From: Balanoglossus misakiensis
Taxonomy: Eukaryota > Animalia > Hemichordata
Assembly: GCA_040954595.2 (NCBI GenBank)
Contig: CM082582.2
Location: forward strand, 8,124,063 to 8,188,062
Direction: 5' to 3'
DNA length: 64,000 nt
Shown piece by piece: positions 1 to 12,900 of this stretch. Each line of letters begins with the position of its first letter. Positions within the stretch are counted from its first letter, which is position 1. Below the pieces are notes generated by a model that was not told where the DNA came from, made no database searches, and saw only the letters and a program-made list of their open reading frames with translations. The translations under genes were made by a program, and so were the position numbers.

Positions 1-3000
1 AGACGGGGAAAAAATTATGGCCTGCCGTTGTAATTTTCATGTCGGACTGGAGGGGGAAGTAGATAGGACCTTGCTTGACAACATAAGATTTTTGCCAGTG
101 ACAGTCTTTGGAAATCTATTACTTAGAAGTATGACATCACATGTTAGATTAGGGAGAAGATGTGCTAAAAGAAAATGCAGAAATATTGAAGTCAAGTTGA
201 ATATAAAAAAATGGGAAAACTTAAAAGAGAACTAACCATTACCATGGACATGTGTGTAAACATGTGAATGTTTTGAACCCTAGTTGACGCTTTTCCAATA
301 AATCTGTCATGTGTTTGACTGTTGCCATGGCAATCGAGCTAACCCAGACTTTCATATTGATTATAAAACACTCTTCATCTTTGACTTTATTTTCATTTTG
401 GAAGGCGTTCTTCTTCATGGCCTTCACTGGTCAAATGTCCGGTCACCAAATGCAGATATATACGGCCATATCTGTTCTGGGATGTAGCGGTATGTGCTCA
501 GCTTCAAAGACCAGTCAAAGATGGCCGCCGAATTCACCATAGTGGTGGTAACGCGGGGCAACCTGGCTACGGGACAGTGCGTCTGTAACCAACAAGAATC
601 ACTTTAATCCTCACTGTTATTATCATCCCACTGATGTCGTACAAAGATCACAAGTGACAGAGTGGCCATAAAAAAACAACTAAACAGGAGGTCATCTTTT
701 GTGCGAGACTCTGAGGGGCTGTTGTGTCTGCAGTCGCCAGATATTTAAACATTGTTGGTTGGAAAGAAATAATTAAGATTGTGTGGATTTTTAGTGGGGC
801 CTTTTTTGTTCAGAGTTCAGAAGCAGGGTTTTATAGATGATGAGAGACCAGAATCAACACGGTACCAGTGCATTTAAACTTGTATGATTGTTAACAATTT
901 GAAAATCAGAAGCTGGTTTGGGTGGGGATGGGGAGAGGAGTGGGTGATTGAAGATATTTTGTGCATCACCATTTCGAGATTTTAGGGTTTCCCCTAAGAC
1001 CATGTGCTGATTGTTTGCACACTGCACAGTTGGTGTGGTGAAATGGGTGTGGCTTGTAGAAACACTGTGTTATGTAAAAAGATATAGATTTTGATTGTCC
1101 ATGCAATTGCTTGAGGATGAGGGTTAGTTTTATTTTACAGACTTGCCAGGAAACAAGTGTTTGTGATCTGAAACAGGAAGGATCTGGATCAAGCTGTCCA
1201 TAAAGCATGAAATGGGCTGCATTTTCACTTCATCTGGTTTTTGAAAAAAAAAATGTATATTCCTCTGTGTGTGTAATTTAATCTCCTGATATCAAGTGTG
1301 ATCTCCTCCCATATGGCAGTTTGTGACAACTGAGTTTAAGTAGTTTATTATTTTTTTGGTGAGGTGTCAGGTCATTTGTTAGATGTTCTGGATAATGAGT
1401 GTGTGTTAATCTTGTCATGCTGTGTGACTAAGCTGACATCAAGTCACCTTCAGAGGCATTTGTATAATTGGTGAAAATGACTCAACAGTTGGTCATTTCT
1501 GCCCCAAAACGTTTGTGTGTCTGGGTCTTCAGTGGATGGCTGTTTAGTGCAGCACTAGCAAAGGGGAAGATATGTACGAAAGCAGATGGCTATAAGTCAA
1601 AACACATTCATATTTTTCCAATATTCACAGCATGCTTTGGCAAATAATATCAGCTTGCTGGTACCCTCCAGAATCCACCCGCTTGGGCCGACTGATTGAC
1701 TCAATCATTGGTGGTAATTCTCTCTCCTTCTCCCCGCTGTGAAAGTTTTTTCCTGCCAACTGGGCCACGCCCCGTGAAAACAGATGCAGAAATTGGCCCG
1801 TGGGCATTGTACTCCGATTGACCCGTAGAGATGAGGAATCCATGCGTGTCAGTTGGAGATTGATGCTCACGTACACGTAGTTTGCCAGCAACTCATGTGC
1901 ATTCGTCATATATAACCCTCACCTCATCCTGAAACGTTTAATTTTGAGAGGCCAATGAGTCCAACGGCCTTCTCATAATGTTTCATCTTTGAAACTCAGC
2001 CCCACGGAAGTGAAACTGGTGAGGGTCAATTGAAACAAGACTGTGGGGTGTAAAATCACATCCATTCTGTTCAAAATTCAACATTTGCAGTGAAATTATT
2101 TTTTATCAATATGAATACAGGACTTCTCCATCCCAAAAATGGCAGTTAAAAAAAGATACAGATTTTGAGGTTATAATGTTCTTAAAATGTGCAGGAAAAT
2201 GGTTTCTTGAGTGAATTCTACTTTTTTTAAATGTCTGTGAGGTTACTTAATTCAGCCAGGAAATATTTGACCATTATGCCGACCTTCAAAATGTGGCAAA
2301 GAACCTTGAATAGCACGTGTAAAGAAGAGGGAACGTTTGGATTGCAGGGAGGTGCGACGTACTGCACCTGTATGTCAAACTTGCCAGCATTTTTTTCCTC
2401 AAACACGAGGTTGATGGTGATCAGACAAACATTAAGGATGGACGTTTCTGTGAAACTATGATAACTGGTGACATTTAGATTTGCGCGTGAATCTGCGATC
2501 CTCTCACATTTCAATTCAGACACATTCTGACGAAATCAAACACAAAATTGCCATAATCAAGGACACAGAAACCAACATCGCCAGAATTGAAGGTGCGGTC
2601 ATTTCCTGTCTGACGGAAAGTCTCGCAGCCCCGTGTTATTGGCTCGCCATCAATGGGTATACTTAGTTGTCATGACAACTGGGGTATTTTTCCCCTGCAG
2701 AAACGGAGATATTTCTACTGGTATGACATGTACCATATGTGTCTTGTTGTGGCCAGTCCAAAGTCTAATATCCATATTTCATCTGTGAATTTTTATTTGT
2801 GGCAGTGTCAAGTTGTCACCCTGAACTGTTTGAGCGGAAAATGTGAAATATTTCTTCTGCCAAGAAGATATAAAATAACAGTTCAGTTCATGCAAATATC
2901 TGCCTGTTAGCAATCTCAAGTACCATCATTTTCTAGATGCCAAAATAAAGTCCTTTATCCTGGAAGTCAATTTTTCAGGGCTCTTTTTTATCTCGTGACT

Positions 3001-6000
3001 TCACTGACATCACCAATGATTTGAATAATTCTGCCATATGTTTGGTGTGAGAAATTGAGCTCAGTTACAAACTGGCAACACGCCCTCCTGAACTGAATCA
3101 GCAATTGAGTTTCGGAATATGATCAGATGATCAACATTTGAGTCATCTTATGAATTTATAATCACTGAAATGAGCAGAGAAAGGAAGGCGTTTATTAACA
3201 GGAGATGAGGCCGTGAGTGTGGGAATAGGAAGCATAGGATTTTCATCAACTGAATAAATTACTCTTACATCGCAGAATTGAAAACTTTTCTCATAAAAGA
3301 AGAAGACAAAAAAAGTGATAATGCAGTGTGTTCAGTTTTCCATTGATTTGCATTTTGGTTTCTAAAGGACGAGCGAAAATAGTGGAATTCTCAGTGTCCT
3401 AGTAACGGCGGCAGTTCTGTGGTAACAGGCAGATTTTTTTGTGTTCAGCGGAGAATAGAACAAAAGCTAACGTGAATCACTTTTCTCTAATCGCCATTGA
3501 AGAGGGGAAGTCTTCCGTCGACACAATGCAAGGCAAAAAGTCCTGTCACAACAGATTTTATCTACTGACAATAGCCATATTTATATGTAGGGTGGTTTTT
3601 TGTCGTCTGGGAATGCGTTGCGCTCAGTGTGATGCAGCAGTGAGATTCTCATTTGGTTGTTTCCCCCTCCCAATGGAATGCTTGTCATCCGGCAGGATTG
3701 GGTTTCAGATTCCCTGTAAAAATGATCGTTCCAGTGGTTGCCAAGCTGAAGATGTCCATTTGTGAGAGAGGGGAATTTGGTTTGATTCCCTCTTCTTCCC
3801 AGAAATTTGGGCCACTTTATTCGTTGTTGCCACCGGCTGAGAAGCCCCTAACCTTTCGTACAACTTCAATGCTCATCATCACCCCAGAGAATAAACTTGA
3901 AAAGGGAATATATCACCCATGACATCCTATTGATGGTAGTGTTTTTGCACTCAAGGAGGTATATGTTGTCTGGATGAGATCACAAAATTACTTGCATCTG
4001 AACTTTTTAGGGGGGTGGGGGGAGATCTGTAACAAATACTTTTTTGTTTCATTGCCCAATCTTGCTTGTGTTTGTGTGCATTTATGAGTCATATGTTTGT
4101 CGAGTTTTTCGTTCTGATATTGGTGTGTTTGATTGATGTTCGGTTGACTGAAGGAGGAATTAACTTGTTGAATATTTGTTTCCAAAATAGGCTTCCCTCA
4201 AATCCAACAAGGGAAAGCAGCTGGTCTTTGGAGGCTTCGGGAAGCAGATCAGGCTATTTTCATGCAGGGGTTAGAAAAAATTGACAAGTTGTGTATTTAA
4301 TGGGATTATGCGAGATATATGACAGATGTGGAAACACTAAATCTTCCTGGACTTTGATCATAATCACAGAGAATATTTTCTCACTTGGATGACATTGCAG
4401 AAAATTCGTCGTACTTATAAATCTCCTGAGCTCACACGATGCGTTGGCACGTCCCTGCCAGCTGTCACCCCTACCGGACAGAATGGAACAGTCAAAGTAG
4501 TATTGGCGCTCATTTTTGACTTGTCATTTCCTTTTTCGATAATTATTATAGAGGGCTGTGGCAGAAATGTGAACAGATGATGCGAGCTGGCCAGCCAATT
4601 ACACCAGCTCCTTGTTTATTACTGACGTGGGCGGATACCAGAATACATTGTGTGTGTATACACATGGAAGTCTGGACGTCGGCATAGATAAAATACTTTC
4701 ACATTACTGCCAGGGGAAGATAGACAATTGAAGCGTTGTTTTTTGGCGACCCAGTGGTGCTAATCCTCTTTTAATGGGAAACACTAATTTACAACGGAAG
4801 CAGAAAAAGAAAATCAATTAATTTACGCATTCACTGTATGGCTCTGTTTCCTTTTGTTCTTTCATCGCATGTCGGAGTATCACATTTTTTTGCTCCCAGC
4901 AGAATAAAAGCTTTGGTGTCATCAGTATTGCATCTGTATTCAGATAGCTTTCCATCTTTCTATTCAGATAGCTTTGGCTTTTAAAGCTTGGTTAGTGTGA
5001 CGCCCTGTCAACCTGCATTTCCATGGCGATCCTGAGCTATTTTTCACCAAATTTGAAATGTATTGGTTTTAATTTAAAATTGTCAGATACCACTATGTGA
5101 GAAATTTTTTGTTGGAAATTTCGTACCCCTCCCCCCAAAAGAGTAAGTCAGAAACGAAGGAAAGGAAAAGCTGTCAGGCCAATCGTATGTTTAGGTTGCC
5201 GTTGATATACTGGCGTTCGCTGAGCCCCATCACTTCCTCCAGCATAGCAACCGTGGCTGTGTGCTCATTTGCATACCGGCAAGTCACATGATCAGGGGTT
5301 AGTTTGCGAGAGAAGATGTGATGTGGAGGATGTCAGCTTCTCTGTGGGAGAAACTCTGTGAGTATGGAATCCGTGGTATTTGCCTTCCATTCATCCGCCT
5401 CGCGAAAAATTCTCCTGTTTGGGCTGCGGGACGAACATTTACTCTTTGCCATGGCAACCGGTGATGAGGGAAGGGCGAGGCAGGCACACGCACAAAAAAT
5501 TGACGCAGGTTTTTTTTATTTATAATTTTAGAATGCTCTACCAGTAGGGCCTGCACAGATGTCACGTCTGGCTTATGGATGTCAGTGATAAATGCATGCT
5601 GGTTTTTTGAAGCTCTTTTTTTTCCGAGGCAGACATCCTTTCAATGTGTTACATCATAGGCAGTGCAAGTACATACAGGAACACAGTGTGTATGCATATA
5701 TGCATAAAAGGATGTGAAATTTCTAGAGAGCCAGTCGGAAACAAAAAATTCAGTTATCTGGAGTCGGGGGTGTTTAAGGTACCGCGCCTGAAAGATGAAT
5801 GAATGATTGATGGAGAGTAGCCGGGGCTGACTTCTGCATCACTGTGTGTGTGTGTGTGTACAGTGATGATCTTGTGTGTATGCACGTCAGCTCACATTGT
5901 AGACATAAAACGGAGTCGAGGAATGCTCGGACGGGTGTAGAGTTACAGTTTGAGTTTGTTGGATGACTCCCGGAGTCAAGGCTGGTCTCTCTGTTGGGAC

Positions 6001-8120
6001 CGCAACGGGTTCACCAAGTCTGGATGTTGGATCTTCAACTTCCCTGAAGCCACTCTCCCTCTCTCTCTCTCCTCGCCATCTGCATCCTGTGTTTTCACAA
6101 AAGCCATCTTCCTCAGGAAATCGGCAGCAATTTTTTTTTCCCTTCAACTTTTAAAGCATATTCTCTTCTAAGGGGATTTTCTTCCCTGTCGACTCAACTC
6201 CATGGTTAAAAATTAATCCTGTGTGCTAACCAGTTTTAGTGCTCACCAGTAAAACGATGAACATTTTATTTGCAGTCGATAATGAAGCAGTCATTGTGTT
6301 GCATTGTGCGAAAATTAAATAGTACTGGATGAGTGAAAGTTCACCTGTTAATAGAAATTATTGATCAATTTGTCTTTAAAGGGTGCATTTAGTGTAGGGT
6401 TGTGTTTTTGTTCCGAGTTGCAGTGGCAGTCGCAAATTCGTGGGTTTAAATTCGGGCGATAGCAGAGATAGCTTATCATGCAGTCTTTGTGGGTTCAGCA
6501 TTAACAGTTCCCACAGTAGTTGAATGTGTGAAATACGGTGTATTGGAAAGAAAAAGAGATGTATTTTTAGCCGGTGTGGTCACCAGCCTGCTTGGAGAAC
6601 ACACAGCGGTGAACTGTGGCCGGTGTAATCGATGCTTTACACTAACAGCATATTGTGTGAATTTGTGTCAACTTGGAAGAAGAAAAGAAGCATGTTTTAA
6701 ATATTTTTTTTGCAATGAATTTAGACTTGATGTTGACTTAAGTCGAGTGCGCAAGTTATTTAATGTGTATCAGTTCAAACATCTCCTTGCTAGTTTTGAG
6801 GGAAATTTCATGTAAAATGGAAAAACTTGAAGAAATTGTTTCTGACTTGAGAGCAGATGGTTGGTGTGTCTAGCAAATTGATTGTTTTCTGCCTCATACC
6901 CCCACAAGGCTTGATACTGTGCTCAACTGAAGTTACATCTGATAAATCTGATTAATATACAATTTCACTGTGGATATAAAAAATGACAACTGCAAATCGT
7001 CAAATTCAGATAATTATTTTTTTTTTATATGAAAACTAGCTTGGCCGGGATATGTCGCGGAGAATTCATGTCTTTATGAATTCATTATGATTGTGCCTCA
7101 TCATTTTGTCTCATCAATACATGTATGATTTTTGATGCTGGACGTCAGACAAAAGAGTCGTCGTGAAAAGCGATGACTTCTGACATTCAGCGAAATAGCT
7201 CCACTGGAACATCATATGGCGAGAATCAAACCCAGCTTCGAGACACGGATGCAGTTGACTTCTTAGCATCCCCAAATTTTTCGGCGGCATTCCACTGACA
7301 AGTGTGTATAATTTTGAATTCACCATCCCCCCTCCCCCACCTCCTCCTTGTTTCAGTTGTGACAGCTTGCTCGGACTGAGATAGATTTTTAAATCCACTC
7401 CTGGTTAGGTCAAGACGAGCATTCCTCTGGGGGAATCCGCAGATGCATGACAGAAGTTGACAGTGACAGTCGAAAGGTTAAGCACTTCAAATATGCGATC
7501 TGTAAAAATGAAATTCATTTGGCTTTTATTTTATACTCGTGTGTGCAAGCTGGCGTGGCGGCTGTGGGCTTTCACGTCTTTCTGGTTTGGGTCGATCTCG
7601 CGAAAACGATCAGTGGGATAAATTGGGTTAATGAAACCCAAAATGAAATAAATTTCCTGTGTGAGAGAGGAACTGTGCATCATAGAGATGGTGTTCTGCA
7701 TGCACACAGCGATATTTCAAAGAGTTGAGTAGAAGCGCTAAACATTTGAAATTCAGACACTCAGTGCACCTGCTTGTGTGACATAAATCGTCATTGTGAA
7801 GATATACAGGCATTTTCATATTTCTTCTCAAAATTACGACGCATCTTTTTCAATTTACATATATTTTGCCATCCGCAGGGGTGATAACGATGTCCATTAT
7901 TGGATCATATGAATTTCTAATTCATCAGCGTCAGTGTAAAAAAAAAAATTGCCCACAAGATTGGCACTTGTTATATGGAAGTAAAAGAGGCACTCCGTCA
8001 CAGTGCAAGGGAATTTTCCTCCATTGCTCAGTGGATGTGTTTTCCGGTTGCCGTGGTAACGGCGATGCTTCTGCATGAGTGGTGAAAGAGGTGGATGTGA
8101 GGTTGTGATGGTGTCGACAA

Positions 8121-8162
8121 GAAAGAGAGCGAGAGAGAGAAAGAGAAAGAGAAAGAGGAAGA
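8121..8162. repeat. Purine-rich (GA/GAGAAA)n simple repeat
   Basis: Directly visible. Confidence 0.8.
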
Positions 8163-8954
8163 CTAGAGGCAGCTGAGGCAGACACATTTCATTAATACAA
8201 TTCATTTTACCCGCAAGGACTACATATTATCATTACCAGGTTTTGTGCTATTTATAGTGCGGTTGACAGCTGACAATGGTTGCCATGGAGCCCAGCATCC
8301 ATTTTTTTTGCTGGGCGACAGGAATGTGATGGTGGTTATCGTCGCTGCTCCATCCTCTTGTGGGTTGTTTTTTTGAAAACTCAGCCTCGATAATTCCTGT
8401 GTTTCTCCTGTGTGGTGCCTTGTTTGCATTTCGCTTCGCGTATTTGTCGATGGTTGTAATTATTATCAGTGTCTGAGACAACCGGGATGTTTTTGCTGAT
8501 GCGGTGGCTCTGATACATAGTTCTTAGTGGATATTAAATGACAATAGCTCATCAATGCTCATCAGCTGGAATTCAAAAAAAAAATATGTGAGAGTTGTGT
8601 TGCAACATGCTCCTGCTGTTTTTGTTGTGGAAATTAAATGAACAGGGCCTCCCTCATCTTTCACATTGAAATTAATTATGACGTCGGATTCTCCTAATGT
8701 TCTCTTGGCTGTGTTCAAAATTGACATGAAACGGCAGGATCTTCTGTCATGGTTTTTGGAAGCCTGTCTTTTCTGCAGACATTACTTCATCAGATCTGAA
8801 TATGACATTTCATGCATCCTTGGAATAATTCTTAAATGTAATAATTTGTGTGAGCATATTTTTTATTTTATTTTTTTTCTCTTAATTTGTTTCAGTTGTT
8901 GGGGCGGCAGTTGAGGATTTGAATGATGGAGGCAGTTATCTGACGCAGGAGAAC

Positions 8955-9650
8955 ATGGCAGTGGAGAAGGTGGGAGACGAGGCGGCCATCATCGGTCTGC
9001 AGGGCGCTAATCGGCCAACGCTGGCAGAGGACGACGCGCTGCTCAACGTCAGTGTGACAGACGGAGGAGACATGAAAAACAACGGCAAGTTCAGAACTCA
9101 TTCCAGGAAGATGGCCAGCCCCAAGAAGGCCGTGGCGGCGCTGGCCCAGAAGGGCAACCCCGAGATAGAAACGGCCAACATGACGTTCTCGCCGAAAAAC
9201 GCCAAAGGGGGGAGGATCTCGGCGAGCGAGAGCGGGGACGGGGCCAATTTCTCCGGCAGCGACGACGTGGAGTCGCAGGACATGCCCCGGGAGAGAAGCA
9301 ACGGTCTCATGGACGACGGCTGGGGTCTCGGCTCCGACTCCGGCGGCAATCTGGCAGCCATGCAGATGTCTCGCTTGGACAGCAGTGGGAACAGCATGGA
9401 CGGAAGCGAAAGTTTAAACGAGGGCTTCGAGTCGTCGGTGGCCAGCTTCGACGACTCCGTCTCCTCTAAGGATATTCTCATGGCGACCAACGGCACCACC
9501 GCAAACGTGCGCCGGGGAAAGAAATCGAGAACAATGTCATTACCAGATATGCAGACATATGACAGCGACGAGGACTGGGATATCACAAGCTACCGTAAGA
9601 AGAAAAAGAAAAGCTATGCAAGTAACAGAGGTGGAAAGAGAAGAAAAAAG
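8955..9650 (+). CDS. RREB1: RREB1/hindsight-like zinc-finger transcription factor, 5' coding exon (acceptor at 8895; first in-frame ATG at 8955; an upstream coding exon is possible)
   Basis: Acceptor ttttttcttaatttgtttcag ends at 8895 and the frame is open to the donor AAG|GTTGGT at 9650/9651. That donor is phase 0 and joins in frame to the exon at 9917. The exon ends in a basic NLS-like stretch (YRKKKKK...KRRKK). Confidence 0.8.
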
Positions 9651-9916
9651 GTTGGTATCAAAAACATCAAACTTTTTATCAGTTCTTTCAGATTTATATG
9701 TCTTCTAACATTCAAAGAGTCAGTGCAGTGTTTACAACATATAAATTCACAGATTAAATTGGGGTAAATTGTAAATTTTGTATTTTGACCATTCACTGAA
9801 ATAATTATCCAATTATAAACGAAGAAAACAAAGACCAGGCACTTTTCAGAAGTGCTTATGAATTAAATATGTTGTTATTAATCCTGGGTCTTTTTTTTAT
9901 TGTTCACTATTTTCAG

Positions 9917-12900
9917 AGCAAGCCACCGGGTCCTGGTGAGTTGGATGAATCTGACAAGGGCGAGTTCAAGTGTCAGATTTGCTCCAAGAGCTTCGTCAGC
10001 GCCCACGAGTTCACCAGCCACATCCGGCAACACAACCCCTCGGGCACCCACGGCTGCAAGATCTGCGGCAAGAAGCTCAGCTCCACCAGCTCCCTGGACC
10101 GCCACATGCTGGTGCACTCGGGCGAGCGCCCGTTCAAGTGCAAGATCTGCCGGCAGGCGTTCACCACCAACGGCAACATGTACCGGCACATGCGGATCCA
10201 CGAGAAGGACAACCGGACCAACGACGTCACCGTCGCCAACGACTACAGCGTGCCCCGGCTGAAGCTGGCCAGCAAGCGGAGGCGCACCCTGGACAGCGCC
10301 GAGTCGTCGTCGTCGCCGACCAAGATGATGGCGCTGGACGGCGACGGGGCGGTCGAGAAGGCGCCCGGCGACAAGGAGAAGGATTCGAAAGAGGAGCTGA
10401 GCTGCCCCGTGTGCAGTAAGACTTTCCTGTGCAAGTACGGACTGCAGACCCATATGGAGATACATCCCATGTTAGCCCAGAGGTGCACGGTGTGCGACTG
10501 CGCCTTCAAGACGCCCCGAGGTCTCCGCATGCACACGCTGATGGCGCACAAGAACCGCAAGGTGGGCCTGCAGCCCTCGGGACCGGCCCACGTCCCCGTC
10601 GGGTTCCAAGACCTGGGATTTGCCGAGTTCTCCTCCGCCAAGTTTCCTCTCATCGCGAAGACGTGGTGCGAGAAGCACGTGCGACGGTGCAGCAGCACGC
10701 ACCACAGGTACGTGTGCCGCACGTGCAACAAAGCGTTCCCCTGCTCCAGTGCCTTGGATCTGCACGTCGCGACCCACAGCGCCGTGAAGGTCGAAAGCCC
10801 GGACGTCGACGACGCGGAGGGAAACAGAAAGGTGCTCACCCAGCAAGATTTCATGTCGGCGCTCAAGTTGCAACCGCAGAGTGCCCCGCCCGAGAAGTTG
10901 GAGGAAACCAAAGAGGGCGACGGCAAACCTAACCAGTACATTATCATCATCCGTAAACCGTCTCCTGCCAACTCCGGAGCCGAGGGCCAAATCTACCAAA
11001 TGACTCCCCCTGCCGCAACCAGTGTCAAGGAGGAAAATGCGTTCAACACTATGAAGTCAGCATCTGGCAGTGAAGCCAACAGCGAGGATGATTTTGCTGA
11101 TGTTCAGCAGATATTGAAGGTGGCCACCAGCTCTGCCAATCCCATGTGTCCAACAAGTGGCTATGTCAACACGGCCAGGGTGCAGAGACCCATGCCGCCG
11201 CTGCGGAGAATACCTCGCATGGCCCGCCGAATCATCGACAATCGCGTCCTCTTGAACCCCCCACCGCCACCGCCACTCAAGTGCCTGCAGCCCAAGCTGA
11301 AGCAAGAGCTGCTACTGCAAGAACCTGAACAGCTGTCGCCCGTGATGTTGACGCCCGAGAATCTCTGCACCCAGAGCGTGACCCCGGAAGATTTGAGACT
11401 TCAGAACAGCGAGGGGGAGGGGGAAGAGTCGCAGGGGGACGACATCCTCACCGCCGCCCTCGCTGGCGATCTGACGGATGAGAAAGTTAAGAAGAAAGGC
11501 AACAAGAAGTACGCGTGCAAGTACTGCAACGAAGTGTTTCCGCTGGCCCGGGCGCTGAAGAGTCACGTGCGCAGCCATTTCGGTCTGACGCCTTACAAGT
11601 GCACCATGTGCAGCTACTCCAGCGCGGACAAGAGCACACTGATTCGACACATGCGGACGCACAACGGCGAGCGGCCCTTCATGTGCACCGTGTGCGAGTT
11701 CGCGTTCACCACCAAGGCCAACTGCGAGCGGCACGTGCGCAAGAAGCACGCCAAGACGACCAAGGCCGAGATCGACGCCTGCATCGCCTACAACCAGTAC
11801 CTGGCGGACCCGGACGGCGCCGACACCTTCCACTCGCCGGACACCATCTGCAAGTACTGCAACAAGGACTTCAAGTTCTTCCGCGCCCTGCGCCACCACC
11901 TGCGCTCGCACAGCAGCTGCCGGGAGAAGCCCTTCCACTGCAAGCTGTGCAACAACGGCTTCTCCACCAAGAACAACTGCATCCGGCACATCCTGAAGCG
12001 GCACCGCGAGCTGTCCCAGATGGAGGTGGAGGCGTCGGTGATGTTCCACGAGCCGCTGAAGTGGGCCAACATCGCCAGCGAGCTGGAGAAGAAGAAGGGA
12101 GGGGACGGGATCGTGGTGAAGGAGGAGCCACTCGACGGCGACACACCTCTCGATTTCAGCATCAGAAGCAGCTCCATCGGAAGCGACGACGACATTGCCG
12201 ACAGTCCAATGGGGAGTGAGGGCCTTGAACCCATGGATCTGTCGCTGACAAAGAAAGAAAATATGGGCGAGACAGAGGTGGTTGCAGACCCCAAGAAATT
12301 CCTCTGCAGACGAATCTACCACCGGTACCACGACACCCAGCAGAGCGACGTCCTGAAATGCCCTCATTGTAATCTCCACTTCACGAAGCAGTCCATGTTC
12401 AAAGAGCACGTCCGGACGCACAACAGCGAGAGACCCTTCCGGTGCTACTACTGCTCGGCCGCCTTTGCCGTCAAGTACAATCTGGAGAAGCACTTGGAGA
12501 AGAGGCACCAGCGAGCCAACAAGAAACACCACCACACATTCCTGCCCACGATCATCTATCCGGCTCAGCACAAACTGTTGACCAAAGCCGCAAGGCCAAT
12601 CACCAAATCTATACAGAAAGCAGAGGGTGAGAATTTTGGAGTTGAATTCGCGGCGCAGGTGGCAGCAGCAGGTATGTCGTCGCCGGGCACACCGGCTAAG
12701 AAGAAACAGGGGGGTAAGCCGCCCTCCATCAAATCGCCAAGCAGCAGCATGGGTTCGGATTGCAGCGGAGACCTGGCCAGCGTGTCGAAAATGCTGGCGG
12801 CCACAAACTGCAACAACTTTGAGACATTCCTGCTGAACAGCCCCGAAACCACGGAGAAGAAGGAAGTCAAGGTCAAAGAAGAAAGCCTGTCGATGAGCGA

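Noticed and set aside
8108-8176. Protamine/NLS-like mini-ORF MVSTRKRARERKRKRKRKTRGS
   Set aside because: Explained by a GA-rich simple repeat; no splice or expression evidence.
1-8890. Many 60-110 aa ORFs and a possible promoter (GC box, CCAAT, TATA near 1690-1960) upstream of RREB1
   Set aside because: The ORFs show no coding bias or recognisable motifs. I could not place RREB1 upstream exons or the transcription start with support, so the region is treated as intron/regulatory DNA.
9869-9916. Hydrophobic signal-peptide-like start MLLLILGLFFIVHYFQ of the 1666-aa ORF
   Set aside because: It is the translated polypyrimidine tract of intron 9651-9916, not protein.
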